Assembly (NCBI GenBank): GCA_963760795.1
Contig: CAVXEP010000015.1
Span: forward strand, 1 to 64,000
Direction: 5' to 3'
Origin: an uncultured delta proteobacterium
GTDB taxonomy: Bacteria > Desulfobacterota > Binatia > UBA9968
DNA length: 64,000 bases
Shown here: in pieces, positions 1 through 10,897 of the stretch
Position numbering within the stretch: position 1 is the stretch's first letter
Layout of the letters: every line of letters begins with the position of its first letter
Program-made: the position numbers and the translations under genes
The notes under the pieces: generated by a model
Seen by the model: the letters and a program-made list of their open reading frames with translations, nothing else
What the model was told of the DNA's origin: nothing
Database searches by the model: none

Positions 1-743
1 CATACTTGCCGAGCCGGCCGACCAATGCAGCGTCGCCTTCGTAAAGCAAGTCTTCACCCTCGCGGCAGCCCAGAGTGAGTTTTTCCGAGTGCGCCAAAAT
101 ATTCTGCGCGCCCGCAGCTCTTCCTCTTCGCCGGCTTTGAGTTGAGCGCGGCCAATCTCTTCGACTTGGGATTCCAAAGTAGCCCGTTGGCGCGCCGCCG
201 CCGGTCCAAAGAGTCACGTGTTTCGTTGAGCTCACTCCACGCGGTCGTCAGGGCGACAAACTGCTGTTTCATCGCTAGGGTTATGGCGTCGACATCGGCG
301 AAGGCGTCGAGCAGATTTAAGTGGGTTTCGGGCTGCAGCAAGCTGTGATGTTCATGCTGGCCGTAGATATGCACCAAGGCGCCACCGATCTCGGCCAGCA
401 CATTGAGCGAGCAGAGACTGCCGTTGAGATAAATGCGGTTCTTTCCCGAACGATTGAGGATACGCTTGACCACCAGCTCGCCATCGAGTTCGAAGCCGGC
501 ATCGGCGAGCTTTCTCTCGATGAACTTGGGCACGCCGTCGAACAAAGCCTCCACTGTCGCCTCTTCTTCCTTGTGGCGAATGATTTCCGAGCTGCCCCGT
601 TCGCCGGAGACAAGTCCCAAGGCATTTAGAATAATCGACTTGCCGGCACCAGTTTCGCCGGTGATTATGTTCAATCCCGGGCCCAGCTCCAGTGCCACTT
701 CGTCGATTACCGCGAAGTTTTTTATCCGCAACTCACGCAACAT
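1..743 (-). CDS. recN: DNA repair protein RecN, N-terminal part; frameshifted near 190 and runs off the window
   Basis: MLRELRIKNFAVID start, Walker A GETGAGKS, IYGQHEH motif; lies downstream of nadK as is typical. Confidence 0.95.
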
Positions 744-755
744 AATCAGGTCGAA

Positions 756-1607
756 CTAGCGCTCTCCCCATTTGAGTTTTTCACGGAGAATTTCATAATA
801 ACTACGCGACGGCAGCTTGATAAGCGACACCGGTAGACCGAAATCGCGAACCTCCACCTTGTCGCCGTTGTTGAGACGCAGCCCTTTTTGTCCGTCCGGG
901 CTGAGAATCACCGTGTCACCAAAGGAGCGCAGGGTCACGTGAATCGGCGCATCGCTCGGCACGACGATGGGCCGGTTGGTCAGCGTATGGGGGCAGATCG
1001 GCGATAGCACAATCGCGCCCAAGGTCGGTTCAAGGATCGGTCCCGCCGCCGCCAGTGAATACGCCGTCGATCCCGTGGGGGTGGAGATAATCAAGCCGTC
1101 GGCGCGGTACGTGCACAGATACTCATCGCCGACGTAGGTTTCCAAGTCGATGATGCGGCTGCGCGCGCCCTTGGTGATCACTGCGTCGTTGAGTACGCGG
1201 AACCGTCGCAGGCGGCCCTTCTTGCTGATCACCCGCACTTCCAACGTCATGCGCTTTTCCACTCCATAATCGCCGGCGAGGGTTTTGCTGAGCACCGATC
1301 TCAATTCGTCCACCGCCACTTCGGTGATGAAGCCCAGGCCGCCCATGTTGACGCCCAAAATCGGCACCTCGGGCCGTTCGACTAGCGGCGCGATATTGAG
1401 CAGGGTGCCATCGCCGCCCAGGGAGATGATCAAATCGGCCTGCGTCGCCATTTCCTTCTTGGTACAAGACTGCGCGCCGCGCGGCGTCAAACCATTTTCA
1501 ACGCAGACTTTTTTGCCGCGCTTCCTGAGCCAGGGGATCAGCCAGCGGACCGTCTCGGCGGCCTTTGGTTCATGGTATTTTGCAACTATTCCAACGGTGC
1601 GAATCAT
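756..1607 (-). CDS. nadK: NAD(+) kinase
   Basis: GGDGT, LNDAVI and TPTGSTAYSL motifs. Confidence 0.97.
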   Translation of the reverse strand: MIRTVGIVAKYHEPKAAETVRWLIPWLRKRGKKVCVENGLTPRGAQSCTKKEMATQADLIISLGGDGTLLNIAPLVERPEVPILGVNMGGLGFITEVAVDELRSVLSKTLAGDYGVEKRMTLEVRVISKKGRLRRFRVLNDAVITKGARSRIIDLETYVGDEYLCTYRADGLIISTPTGSTAYSLAAAGPILEPTLGAIVLSPICPHTLTNRPIVVPSDAPIHVTLRSFGDTVILSPDGQKGLRLNNGDKVEVRDFGLPVSLIKLPSRSYYEILREKLKWGER

Positions 1608-1848
1608 GCGGGAAGCGTCTCCAACGGTGAGACTATCACATGGCCAAAAAAAAAGTCCATGACGGCGGAAAATTCCAAACCCGAATTTGGAATCGGAATA
1701 AGTTCACCGCCCAGTACATCTCAAATCAGGAAATCTTAAAGCTCGAGTCGATTGAAGCTTGTTTTGGATTTGGTGTTTTTGATCATTAGAATTTGCTTCG
1801 AGCTTCGAGTTTCGGTCCGCGCGGCTTTCTCCTTGCGGCAACTTATTT

Positions 1849-2749
1849 TTAGACGACCAGGCGGCGCAAACGCGAGCTGCAATAATCTACAAGCATGACC
1901 AGGGCGATAAGTACTAACACGATGGCCGCCGCTTCTTGATAATGGAAGGTGCGAAAGCTGGTGTTCATTAGATAGCCGATACCGCCGGCACCGATCAGGC
2001 CTAAGACCGACGCAGCGCGGATGTTGGTTTCCAGGCGATACAGCGTGAATGAGATCAGGTCTGGCAGGATCTGCGGCACCACGGCGAAAGACAGAATCTG
2101 GGAATAACCGGCGCCGGTAGCGCGAATCGCTTCAACCACTCCCTCGTCGATGTTCTCCACCGACTCGGACAACAGTTTACCCAGCACGGTCGCGGTATGA
2201 ATGGCCAATGCGATGGTGCCGGCGAAAGCGCCCAGCCCGACGGCGGCGACAAAAAGCAGGCCCAGGGCGAGATCGGGTATCGTTCGCACCAAATTTAGCA
2301 ACAGGCGCACGCCGCGATAGACGGCCGGATGGGGCGAAGTATTGCGCGCGGCTAAAAACCCTAGAGGAAAGGCAACCAGCAGCGCCAGGAAAGTGCCAGC
2401 CAACGCCATCTGGATAGTTTCCAAGGTCGCGCCCATCACCGTCTGGGGGAAAGTATTGTCCCACCAACGTTGTCGAGCCCTGGCGTCGGCCTCGGCCAAT
2501 GGCGCCGGCAATAGCAGCTCACTTAACGAAAGCTGCTCCGGGAAATAGTAGTGCTTCGCGTCGGTGATTTTAGAAAAATCCGGCGCGCAGCATGCGCGCC
2601 AGAGTCTGGCCGATCTGCGGTACGCCTTCGATCAACTCACCAGGCCGAATCTTCGCGCCGTGAAACGACCAAACCAAGACCACGAGCAAAATGGCTAAGG
2701 AAACGAAGAACCGCCGGCCCCGTTGCGGCCGGACCGGCGCTTCGTTCAT
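1849..2749 (-). CDS. phnE: Phosphonate/phosphate ABC transporter permease PhnE (one frameshift near 2575)
   Basis: ORF 1849-2511 has the EAA loop and YRLETNIRAASVLGLIGAGGIG; the N-terminal TM segment MNEAPVRPQRGRRFFVSLAILL is in another frame from ATG 2749. Confidence 0.9.
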
Positions 2750-2896
2750 GATATCGTAGGCTGTTTCTTGATTGCGATCGGCGTCCAAACGACTGCTCCC
2801 GCTGCATTGCCTTGCCTGCGCCAATTTTGTCGCTTGGCGATTGCCCTCCATCACCGCAGGGGGTATGCCATACGCTCCTACGTTCGGATTCTTTGC

Positions 2897-4580
2897 GTTG
2901 CTTTACGTGAAAACTTCCTCCGTGCGCAAACTTCTAAGCCGCCATGCTGTGAGTTTCTCGGTACTTGCTTGTCGCGCTGCTAGTAGTGCGGTCATTATTC
3001 GTCGGCCTTTTTCCGTCACCACGTAACGGTGAGTCTTGGGTACTTTGGCAATCAATCCATGCCCGCGCAGTAGCCTTATCTTTCTTCCTACCGCCGCCAT
3101 CTGATGATGTGCTTTGCGCTTGTCCGAGCTCGCTGTATGGAGCCGCCCCCGCACATCGCGATTGCGAAAACCGTTGATCGTATACTCGCCTCGGCTGACC
3201 GCTGCCATCAGTGCCGCATCGGCGTCCCCCATCGGATTGAGCGCGCGATACCGCTGCCTCTTACGCCCTACGGCCCGACACACCTCTGCCGCTTCCGGCC
3301 CCAACGCACTGTCGATCTCCACCGCCGCTAGCGCCGTCAAATGCCGATCGGTCGCTTTGCGGCTCACTTCGGCGCGCCGTCCAAAATCGGCCACGCTGCG
3401 CCTCAATTCCCGCCACTGATGTTTACTCTGCGGCTTGTTCTCAGCTCGCCGCCATACTCGAAAGCTCCTTCGTGGTCGTTGATCGTCACCTCGTCGCGCA
3501 GCACACTCCCCTTGTCATAAAACTTCAATGAATTCTTGTTGACCCAGTGCTTGACACGCACGCCTTCACTGCGCCGCCGCCGATCCGTCACCACCGCGTC
3601 GTTGATGCCCACTCGTCCCGACCGCCCCATGTAGCGCATCACCTGCTCGGCTCCCATATGCATCACTGCGTGATGAACCAAAGCCCGATAGATCCGCTCC
3701 AGTGCCCCTGCGATCCCTAAACATCACATCGCTAGCATATTCGCTCTGGCTTGCCGTCCAGTAATAGCCTAACTCTATCGGTCGGCTGATTTCCTCGTGC
3801 ATCGGATGACAGCGCTTGACCAACTCCTCCAACACCTTCGGCCAATCGGTGCCATGCTGCTCTTCGATCAACTCTTGGGCCCGCCCAACATCGCCGATCC
3901 ATGGAAAACAGTTGTCTTCTTGCCGGTAGGCTATCCCCTCTGTGTCCATCTGTCGCCCTAGCCATTCTCGCCCGTTCACGCAGACCTGGATTAAAAAGGG
4001 AAACCACGTCTGTAATCGTAGATGCATAAATCCCAACTCTTCATGCTCCCAATAAAAGTAAAGATGTTTGCACTTCCCCCATTCCAGTCTCAACTCCAAC
4101 CCCTTAGTCTCGGTGGTTGCCTCGCATCCGCCACGTCCGGCATGGCTCTACACAACTCATCACCGCGATCAGTCCTTGCTTGATCCCGTCGCGTTCCTTG
4201 ATTCGCCGCGCCTCATCTTCCTTACCCGTTTGGCTCGATGCCAGATAGATCACAGGCCGCTGGTGCTGCTTGCCCAACTCCTCGGCCGCTTGGCATATCC
4301 GCCCCGTCAGTCCTATGGCGTATCTCTTAAAATCTTTCCACAACACCCCGGCTTTTCTCAGGTACTGTTCCATCACCACGGGATAGTACAAACACCGCAG
4401 CGTCCCTTGTAGCCGCAGCCTATCCCATCCGTGCAGCACTCCGATCACTTCGCTCTGGTGATGTTCTACGAATGCCTTGCCTACTTCGGACTTCGACAAT
4501 TTCTCTGTGTTTGTTGCCATGACTGCCTCTTACATCATGACTCTGCTTCTGTCACTTTGGTTGCGGCTCTGCTGCGCTAA
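2897..4580 (-). mobile_element. Putative unclassified insertion element with no TIRs, inserted in a 9-mer repeat
   Basis: A single transposase-like gene fills the element; flanked by TTCTTTGC at 2889-2896 and 4582-4589; subterminal hairpin at 4563-4575. Confidence 0.65.
2934..4520 (-). CDS. Putative transposase/rolling-circle initiator-like protein with C-terminal wHTH (four frameshifted pieces, ~530 aa)
   Basis: ORFs 4104-4520, 3566-4099, 3403-3681 and 2903-3406 join into one protein: GWDRLRLQGTLR...CVEPC...KCKHLYFY...QTWFPF..NGREWL...SLKFYDKGSVLRDEVTIN...GFRNRDVR...LLRGHGLIAKVPKTHRYVVTEKG; probable TAG at 2934-2936. Confidence 0.75.
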
Positions 4581-4651
4581 GTTCTTTGCCACTAAAATTC
4601 CAACTCCGAATCTTCTTCACTGTGTCCTCTGCGGTGAATCATTCGGTTCAT

Positions 4652-5196
4652 TCACTGTTTCGCCTTCGCCCAATACCCTGACTCATTGTACTCTTCGGTG
4701 GCGAGATTTTTCAGACCGATCTTATCGTAAAGTTCGCCGAGGACGAAATGCAGCGTAGGCTCGTCCGAGTCGGCGTTGATCGCTTCAAGCAAGGTATCCC
4801 GGGCCTCGTGGAACAGTTACTTGGACATCAGCAGATTTGCCCTGAGCACCGCCAACGTGGTTTCGGCGCGCCGTGCATGGTTCCCAGTTCGGCCAAACGT
4901 TCTTTGACCGCCTGCGCCTCCAAGCCACCGAGCAATGTGAAAGTCGTCTTGCTGACGGCGACGCCTTTTTTCTCGATCGACCAGTAGTATTCGACACCGG
5001 CCTGCAAGCGCGACGCCGTTGCCGGACAGGCGATCTTGGTTAGATTGATGTTTTCGGCGCACCAGATTTCTCGCTGCGGGCCAAATACTTTAACCGTGAT
5101 GTCGTTGGCACGGAGAGAGCGAAAGAAATATGCCGTGACCGGAGATAGCGTCAATACCAGATCGAGGGTAGAAGGTCTAAGCAAACAGTACGGCAA
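4652..5196 (-). pseudogene. Degraded hypothetical gene with a C-terminal TPR-like helix pair
   Basis: ORF 4828-5196 continues after a frameshift and an in-frame TAA as LFHEARDTLLEAINADSDEPTLHFVLGELYDKIGLKNLATEEY. Confidence 0.55.
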
Positions 5197-5627
5197 GACG
5201 ATTCCTGATTACCCGAAAAACCATGGAGCAAAAACGGCAGTTTGTCATGCGCTCTTGTGGTACAGTGAAGGTTAAGGGCCGCGCTCGAGCCGCTTACGGC
5301 GCCGCAGTTTCAAGGAGTTTCATTTCCCGCGTTGTTATGCGCCCACCCTATTGGTTTGCCAGATGGCGTAAATATAGCCGAAGCTCAACATTACTTGTAC
5401 TAAAGGTGCGCCGCATCGGCCTTTGCGCCAATTAGATGGCTTTTCACAATCTAGCTTTGAAAGCGCCGAGGGGCCGGGCACACTGATATGCAGCGCCACC
5501 CTAGTTAAAAACAAACTAAAAAGGAAGTTGCCTGGGATTGACCGATAAGCGTCGTTCCCCTAAGTTGGCAGGGACCGCGCTCATCCCGCGCCTTGGCTGT
5601 CAGTCGCCATTAGCAATCGGAGGTACA

Positions 5628-5786
5628 GTGAATCGCCCGAGCATCCTTTACGCCCTGCTGATCTTGGCATTACTCGTCAACAGCACCAGTATTGCCGCCG
5701 GTGCGACCGACCAGAGATCGCCAGAGGAGTTGAAGAAGATTCTCGACGCCCCTGACCCCAAGGAACATTCCAAGACGGCGTTGTAG
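5628..5786 (+). pseudogene. Short or truncated gene for a secreted protein
   Basis: GGAGG RBS, GTG start, signal peptide NRPSILYALLILALLVNSTSIAA, early stop. Confidence 0.4.
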
Positions 5787-5866
5787 TTGCTTGCAAACCT
5801 ATTCAGCAATCAAGTATGTGAAGACCGTGCTGAACAAATGTCATCGCGCGTGAACCGGCGGGCCCG

Positions 5867-7680
5867 ATGTTTTCACCCGAACAACTCGCCGATCTCTTAG
5901 CCATGCCATTTTTCGCCGGGCTCCATCCGGCGACTCTCAACCAACTGCAAACCGATTTGGAGCCGGTCCATCTACCCGGTGGGGCGCTGCTGTTCGCCGC
6001 CGGCGCCGCCGGCGACTCCATGTATGTTGTGCTTTCCGGGCGGCTACGCGTCTCCATCGAACGCGACGATGGGAGCAAGGAAACGGTCCGCGAACTGGCG
6101 CGCGGCGATACGGTCGGTGAACTTGCCCTATTGACCGGCGAACCTCGCTCCGCGGCGGTGAGGGCGATTCGCGACACCCGGCTGGTGATGATTTCCCGGG
6201 CAGCTTTCGAGAGCGCGGTCAAATCCGACCCCAAACTGTTCGGCCAAATCGCGGTGCAGCTTGCCGGCCGAGAACGGCAGGGGCGCGATGCGATGTTATT
6301 GCGGCGCAACCTGCGGACCATCGCGGTGGTGCCGGTTGATACTCATGTCTGTTTACCCGAGTTTACCGCGGCATTGACCCACGCGCATGGAGGCCGTTGG
6401 CGCGACGGCTTGCCTGCGCCCGGAAGTTTTGCCGGCCCTTTGCGAATTGCACGGGGCGCCGGCAGCGGCAAATAATAGCGTCGAACACTTGAGCGCCCTG
6501 CTGAATCACCTCGAAACCAATCACCGCTTCGTTCTCTACGAGGCCGACCCGGACGTTTCCGAATGGACCGAACTTTGCCTCCGGCAAGCCGATTTGATTC
6601 TGTTGGTCGGCGCTGCGGACCGCCCGCCGGAAGTTTCGCGCTTGGAAATAATGCGCAATTACTTTTGCCAAAATCAGATCGCCACCACGATGGAACTCGA
6701 TTTTGCTCCATCATCCGCAGTTCATCACAACGGTGCGCACCTCACGCTGGCGCGAAACGCTGGATTTCGCGGCGCATCACCATGTTGTGCCGTCGCGGCC
6801 AGGCGACATCGCCAGACTCGTCCGCACTTTCACCGGCACGGCGGTGGGACTGGTGCTCAGCGGCGGCGGCGCCCGTGGTTTCGCTCATATCGGCGTCATT
6901 CGCGCGCTCACCGAACGACATATCCCCATCGATTTCATCGGCGGCACGAGCATGGGCGCGGTGATCGCCGCGCAACATGCGCTCGGCTGGGATTGGTCCA
7001 CCATGGCGCAGGTCAACCGCGCTGAATGGCCGCGCTGCCATCCGCAGAAGAATTACACGCTGCCGCTCATCGCGATCAATTCCGGCAACCGCATGGACCG
7101 GATGCTGACAAGAATGCTCGGTGACGCAACGATCGACGATCTGCGCACCGACTTCTTTTGCGTGTCGACCAACCTGACCCGCGCCGAAGCAAAGATATAT
7201 CGGCAAGGTTCGTTATGGAAAGCCGTCCGTGCCAGCGTGTCGATCCCCGGGATCGGCCCGCCGACCATTGAGAATGGTGAAATCTTCGTTGACGGCGGTT
7301 TAGTCGATAATCTGCCGGTCGCGGCTATGAAAACGTTTTGCCACGGGAAAGTCTTCGCCGTCGACGTCAGCGAGCAAGCGGAGTTCAAGAGCACGCTGGC
7401 GCAAAGCTACGGCGTGTCGGGTTGGAAGTGTCTCTGGCAACGGCTCAATCCCTTTGTCCTCACACCCGACCTGCCGAATATTTTGAATACGTTATACCGC
7501 ACCACCACGGTCGCCGGCGTGCGCGCCATTGAGAGCGCCAAGGCGCAAGCCGATCTATGCTTCGAGCCGCCAGTCAGCCAATTCGGTGTTTTCGATTGGC
7601 GCAGTGTTGATGCCATCATCGACGCCGGCTATCGTTACGCGCTGGACAAGCTTGACGCAAGTTACAGTGAAAAAACTTGA
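5867..7680 (+). CDS. Cyclic-nucleotide-binding domain plus patatin-like phospholipase (NTE/RssA type), two frameshifts
   Basis: cNMP motif GDTVGELALLTGEPRSAAVRA; patatin GGGARG, GTSMG and DGG motifs; pieces 5867-6475, 6387-~6705, 6703-7680. Confidence 0.9.
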
Positions 7681-7689
7681 AGGCCGGAG

Positions 7690-8466
7690 CTAATCGATCG
7701 GTCCATAGATCGAGTCGACAATGGCGTCGGTGAGCTCGTCGGTGGCGCCATCGAAAAGTATCTGGCCGTCTTTCAAGCCTATCACGCGGTCGGCGTACTC
7801 ACGCGTGAGTTCGAGCGTATGCAGGCTCACCAGCGCGGTGATGCCGTCTTCGCGGCAGACTCTTTTGAGAATATCCAAGACGACGCGCGACAATTTCGGA
7901 TCGAGGCTGGAAACCGGTTCGTCGGCCAGGATAATCGCCGGCTCTTGCATCAAGGTTCGCGCGATGGCAACGCGCTGCTGTTCGCCGCCGGACAGTTCGT
8001 CGGCGCGCTTGTAGGCATGGTCGAGCAACCCTACTCGCTTCAAGTTCACCAGCGCGCGGCATCGTTCTTCCCGGGAGAAAATCCTCAGCGTGCTGCGCCA
8101 AGCCGGTTGGTAGCCCAACCCGCCCGAGAGCACGTTGTCGATGACGGTTAATCGCTTGACGATATTGAACTGCTGAAAGATCATGCCGATGCGGCGCCGC
8201 ACATGGCGCAGTCTCGAGTGAGAAAGCTTGAGAATATCGATGACGCCGTTGCTCTTGCCGCCGAGCAGCGCTGCCGGCGCGATAATCGCGCCGGCGTTGA
8301 CCTCGATCAAGCGGTTGATACTGCGCAGCAGCGTCGACTTGCCCGACCCGGATAGACCGATTACACCGACAAACTCCCCCTGCTCGATCTTGAGATCGAC
8401 GCCGCGCAGCACCGGCACGGAGTCGCTGTAGGAAGTATGGAGGTCGCGGATCTCGAGGATGGTCAC
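7690..8466 (-). CDS. phnC: Phosphonate ABC transporter ATPase PhnC
   Basis: [31 protein letters not shown]. Confidence 0.93.
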   Translation of the reverse strand: MTILEIRDLHTSYSDSVPVLRGVDLKIEQGEFVGVIGLSGSGKSTLLRSINRLIEVNAGAIIAPAALLGGKSNGVIDILKLSHSRLRHVRRRIGMIFQQFNIVKRLTVIDNVLSGGLGYQPAWRSTLRIFSREERCRALVNLKRVGLLDHAYKRADELSGGEQQRVAIARTLMQEPAIILADEPVSSLDPKLSRVVLDILKRVCREDGITALVSLHTLELTREYADRVIGLKDGQILFDGATDELTDAIVDSIYGPID

Positions 8467-9375
8467 GGCTTCTTTTTCTGCAGCGCGTCTTTGAGCGGGA
8501 TGCCGGCGTCGACGAACGCCTGGCGCACCGAATCGTAATCCTTATCCGTGGCGCTGACGAAGCCGTCGATCTGATAGAGCTCGCGCAACATTTTTTTGCC
8601 TTGGGGATCGCGCGAGAGCTCGATAAAGACATTTTCAATCTTTTTCGCCAGGCGCTCGTCGAGATTGCCGTTGATGACGAGATTGTCAGCTGGAATCGGC
8701 TCGGAGAACGCGATGGCGTGAATTTTTTTGACGTCTTCGGGATTTTTCAGGTAGCGCATCCACGCCGTGTCTTCGCTGTCCGGCGAGTTCGCGTAGGTGG
8801 CGCCGGCGTCGACTTTGCCATTGAGCACCGCCAGCACCGTGGCGTCGTGGCCGCCGGAGTAAAGCACCTGCTTGAAATCGCGCACCGGGTCGATGCCGCG
8901 CTCCTTGAACATCTTGCGCGGAAACACATTACCGGTGGTCGATAGCGCGTCGCCGAACGCAAAGCTCTTACCGCGCAGCTCGTCGAGGGACTTAATGCCG
9001 CTGTCGGCGCGGGTAATGATCGCCGCGTAATAGGACGCAATGCCCTTGCGCTCCGACTTGAGCACGACCTTGACGTTGGTTTCGTTTTTGGCAAGCACGT
9101 AGGACGCCGGCGTCAGGAATGCGACATCGAGCTTGTTGGCGCGCAGCGCTTCGATGACGCCGGTGTAATCGGTGGCGACGAAAGGCTGGACTTCCATGGC
9201 CAACTGTTGGCGCAGGATCTCGACGATCGGCTGGGCATTCTGCATCACCTGCGCGGCATCCTCCGACGGCACGAAGCCGACGCGCAAGACTTTCGGCCGT
9301 CTTGGCGGACTCGCCGCAGGCGGACATCAACCCTAACCCAATCAATATAGAGACCATCAATAATCGGTGCGTCAT
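8463..9375 (-). CDS. phnD: Phosphate/phosphite/phosphonate ABC substrate-binding lipoprotein PhnD (frameshift near 9295)
   Basis: RVGFVPSE, ATDYTGVIEALR, STTG, GGHDA motifs; lipobox MSAC is in the adjacent frame from ATG 9375. Confidence 0.9.
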
Positions 9376-9420
9376 AGGCCGTACCATTGATACTGAAAGC
9401 GCCCCCAGGGTGCAAACATC

Positions 9421-10387
9421 TTGCTTTCCCGCGCGGCGGTGTTAGACGTTTTACGTGCATCGATTGAGTTTTACGTGCTTGCTGATCTTTCATTTTGCTG
9501 TCGGGCTGCGCCAGTGTCGACGACGATGTCGGTGCGCGACTTGAGCCAAATTCCTGAAGCGAGCACCAACGGTTTTCTCTTCCCCAGCGCCGACGGCAAA
9601 GTCGAAGCCTATATCACCCGGCCGCGCGGACCGGGGCCATTTCCGCTGATGCTGATGCTGCACGGCCATAGCTGGGTCGGCATCGGCGCAGAGCGATTAC
9701 TGCCCGCGGCGCAATTTTTCGCCGGCGAACTTTGCTATGCGACCTTTGCGTTATCGCTGCCGGGCTACGGCCGCAGCGAATTCGCCGGCAAGCTCTCGGC
9801 GGAAACCACCAGGCAGGCGGTTCTCGATGCGGTCGCATTGGCCAAACAGTTACCCTGGATCGATGCCACTCGAATCTATATCTATGGCTTTTCCCGCGGC
9901 GCCGTCGTCGCCACCGCCCTGGTCAACCAAATCGACGCGGTCAAAGGCGTTGTGCTGCTGGCCGGCGCCTACGATTTGCCGCGGCTCTATCACGACACCA
10001 CCAGCATCTGGATCCGCAAACTGCTCAACCCCGACGGCGATGCCGTTCCGAAGCTTAAAAACTATTTGCCTGAGACCGAACGCTGGAGCGCGCCAACCTT
10101 GATCCTGCACGGCACCGAGGACGGCATGGTTCCAGTTTCCCAAGCCAATTTACTGCGCGATCAGCTTGCAAAGTTTCGGCAAACCGCACCGGCTGGTATT
10201 GCTTCCCGACCGCGGTCATTGGTTGAGGCTCGACGAGATCAAACAACCTGCGATGAGTTTTTTTCAAGCGAACGGTGGCTCAGCGTGTGCCGCGGGCAAT
10301 CTTGACCTCGTCGGGCGAGTTACGTGGCATTGTGCTGGTACTTGGCATCGTCGGCGCAACTGCACCGGCATATCGGAATCGCTTTGA
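9421..10387 (+). CDS. Alpha/beta hydrolase (peptidase S9/DLH-like); start uncertain, frameshift near 10170
   Basis: GFSRG nucleophile elbow, LILHGTEDGMVP, catalytic His in PDRGHW after the frameshift. Confidence 0.8.
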
Positions 10388-10466
10388 GCAACGGGCGCGC
10401 CGGCGTCGCTCAGATCCGGCAGCGCAAATAATCTTACTGCGGTGGCTGAGCGAGCGTCGCGAATCG

Positions 10467-10838
10467 CTATCTTAGTGAAATCGGCTTCCCCGCTTCGTCG
10501 ACGGCAACGTAGATCACTTCAGCCGCGGTCACCTTGACGCGCAACGACGCATCCGTGCCCCGCTCCGCCTCGACGCTCACCTGCACCGTGACCGAAGTGT
10601 TCCCCTCGCGAATCACGGTGGTGTAGAAACTCACGACATCGCCGACGTATACCGGCGCGATGAACTCGACTTCGCGCATCGCCCGGGTGACGAAGTTCCG
10701 CGCCGCCCGGCGCGCCGCCGCGATGCCTCCGGCCAAGTCGATATGGCTCAAAATCACGCCGCCGAAGATCGTGCCGCGCGCGTTGGTATCGCGCGGCAGC
10801 ATGGTCACCCGCAGGGTCGGATCGCTGGGCTCAGCCAT
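10467..10838 (-). CDS. Acyl-CoA thioesterase (hotdog fold, YciA-like)
   Basis: [23 protein letters not shown]; [10 protein letters not shown]. Confidence 0.92.
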   Translation of the reverse strand: MAEPSDPTLRVTMLPRDTNARGTIFGGVILSHIDLAGGIAAARRAARNFVTRAMREVEFIAPVYVGDVVSFYTTVIREGNTSVTVQVSVEAERGTDASLRVKVTAAEVIYVAVDEAGKPISLR

Positions 10839-10897
10839 CTGTGAAGTTTTAATCGAAGCTGGCGGTGAAATGCAACTCACAAATAGCCAGGCGAGAA

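Noticed and set aside
5867-7680. CBASS or Pycsar defence operon
   Set aside because: No CD-NTase or cyclase gene is nearby, and the architecture matches the common NTE/RssA family.
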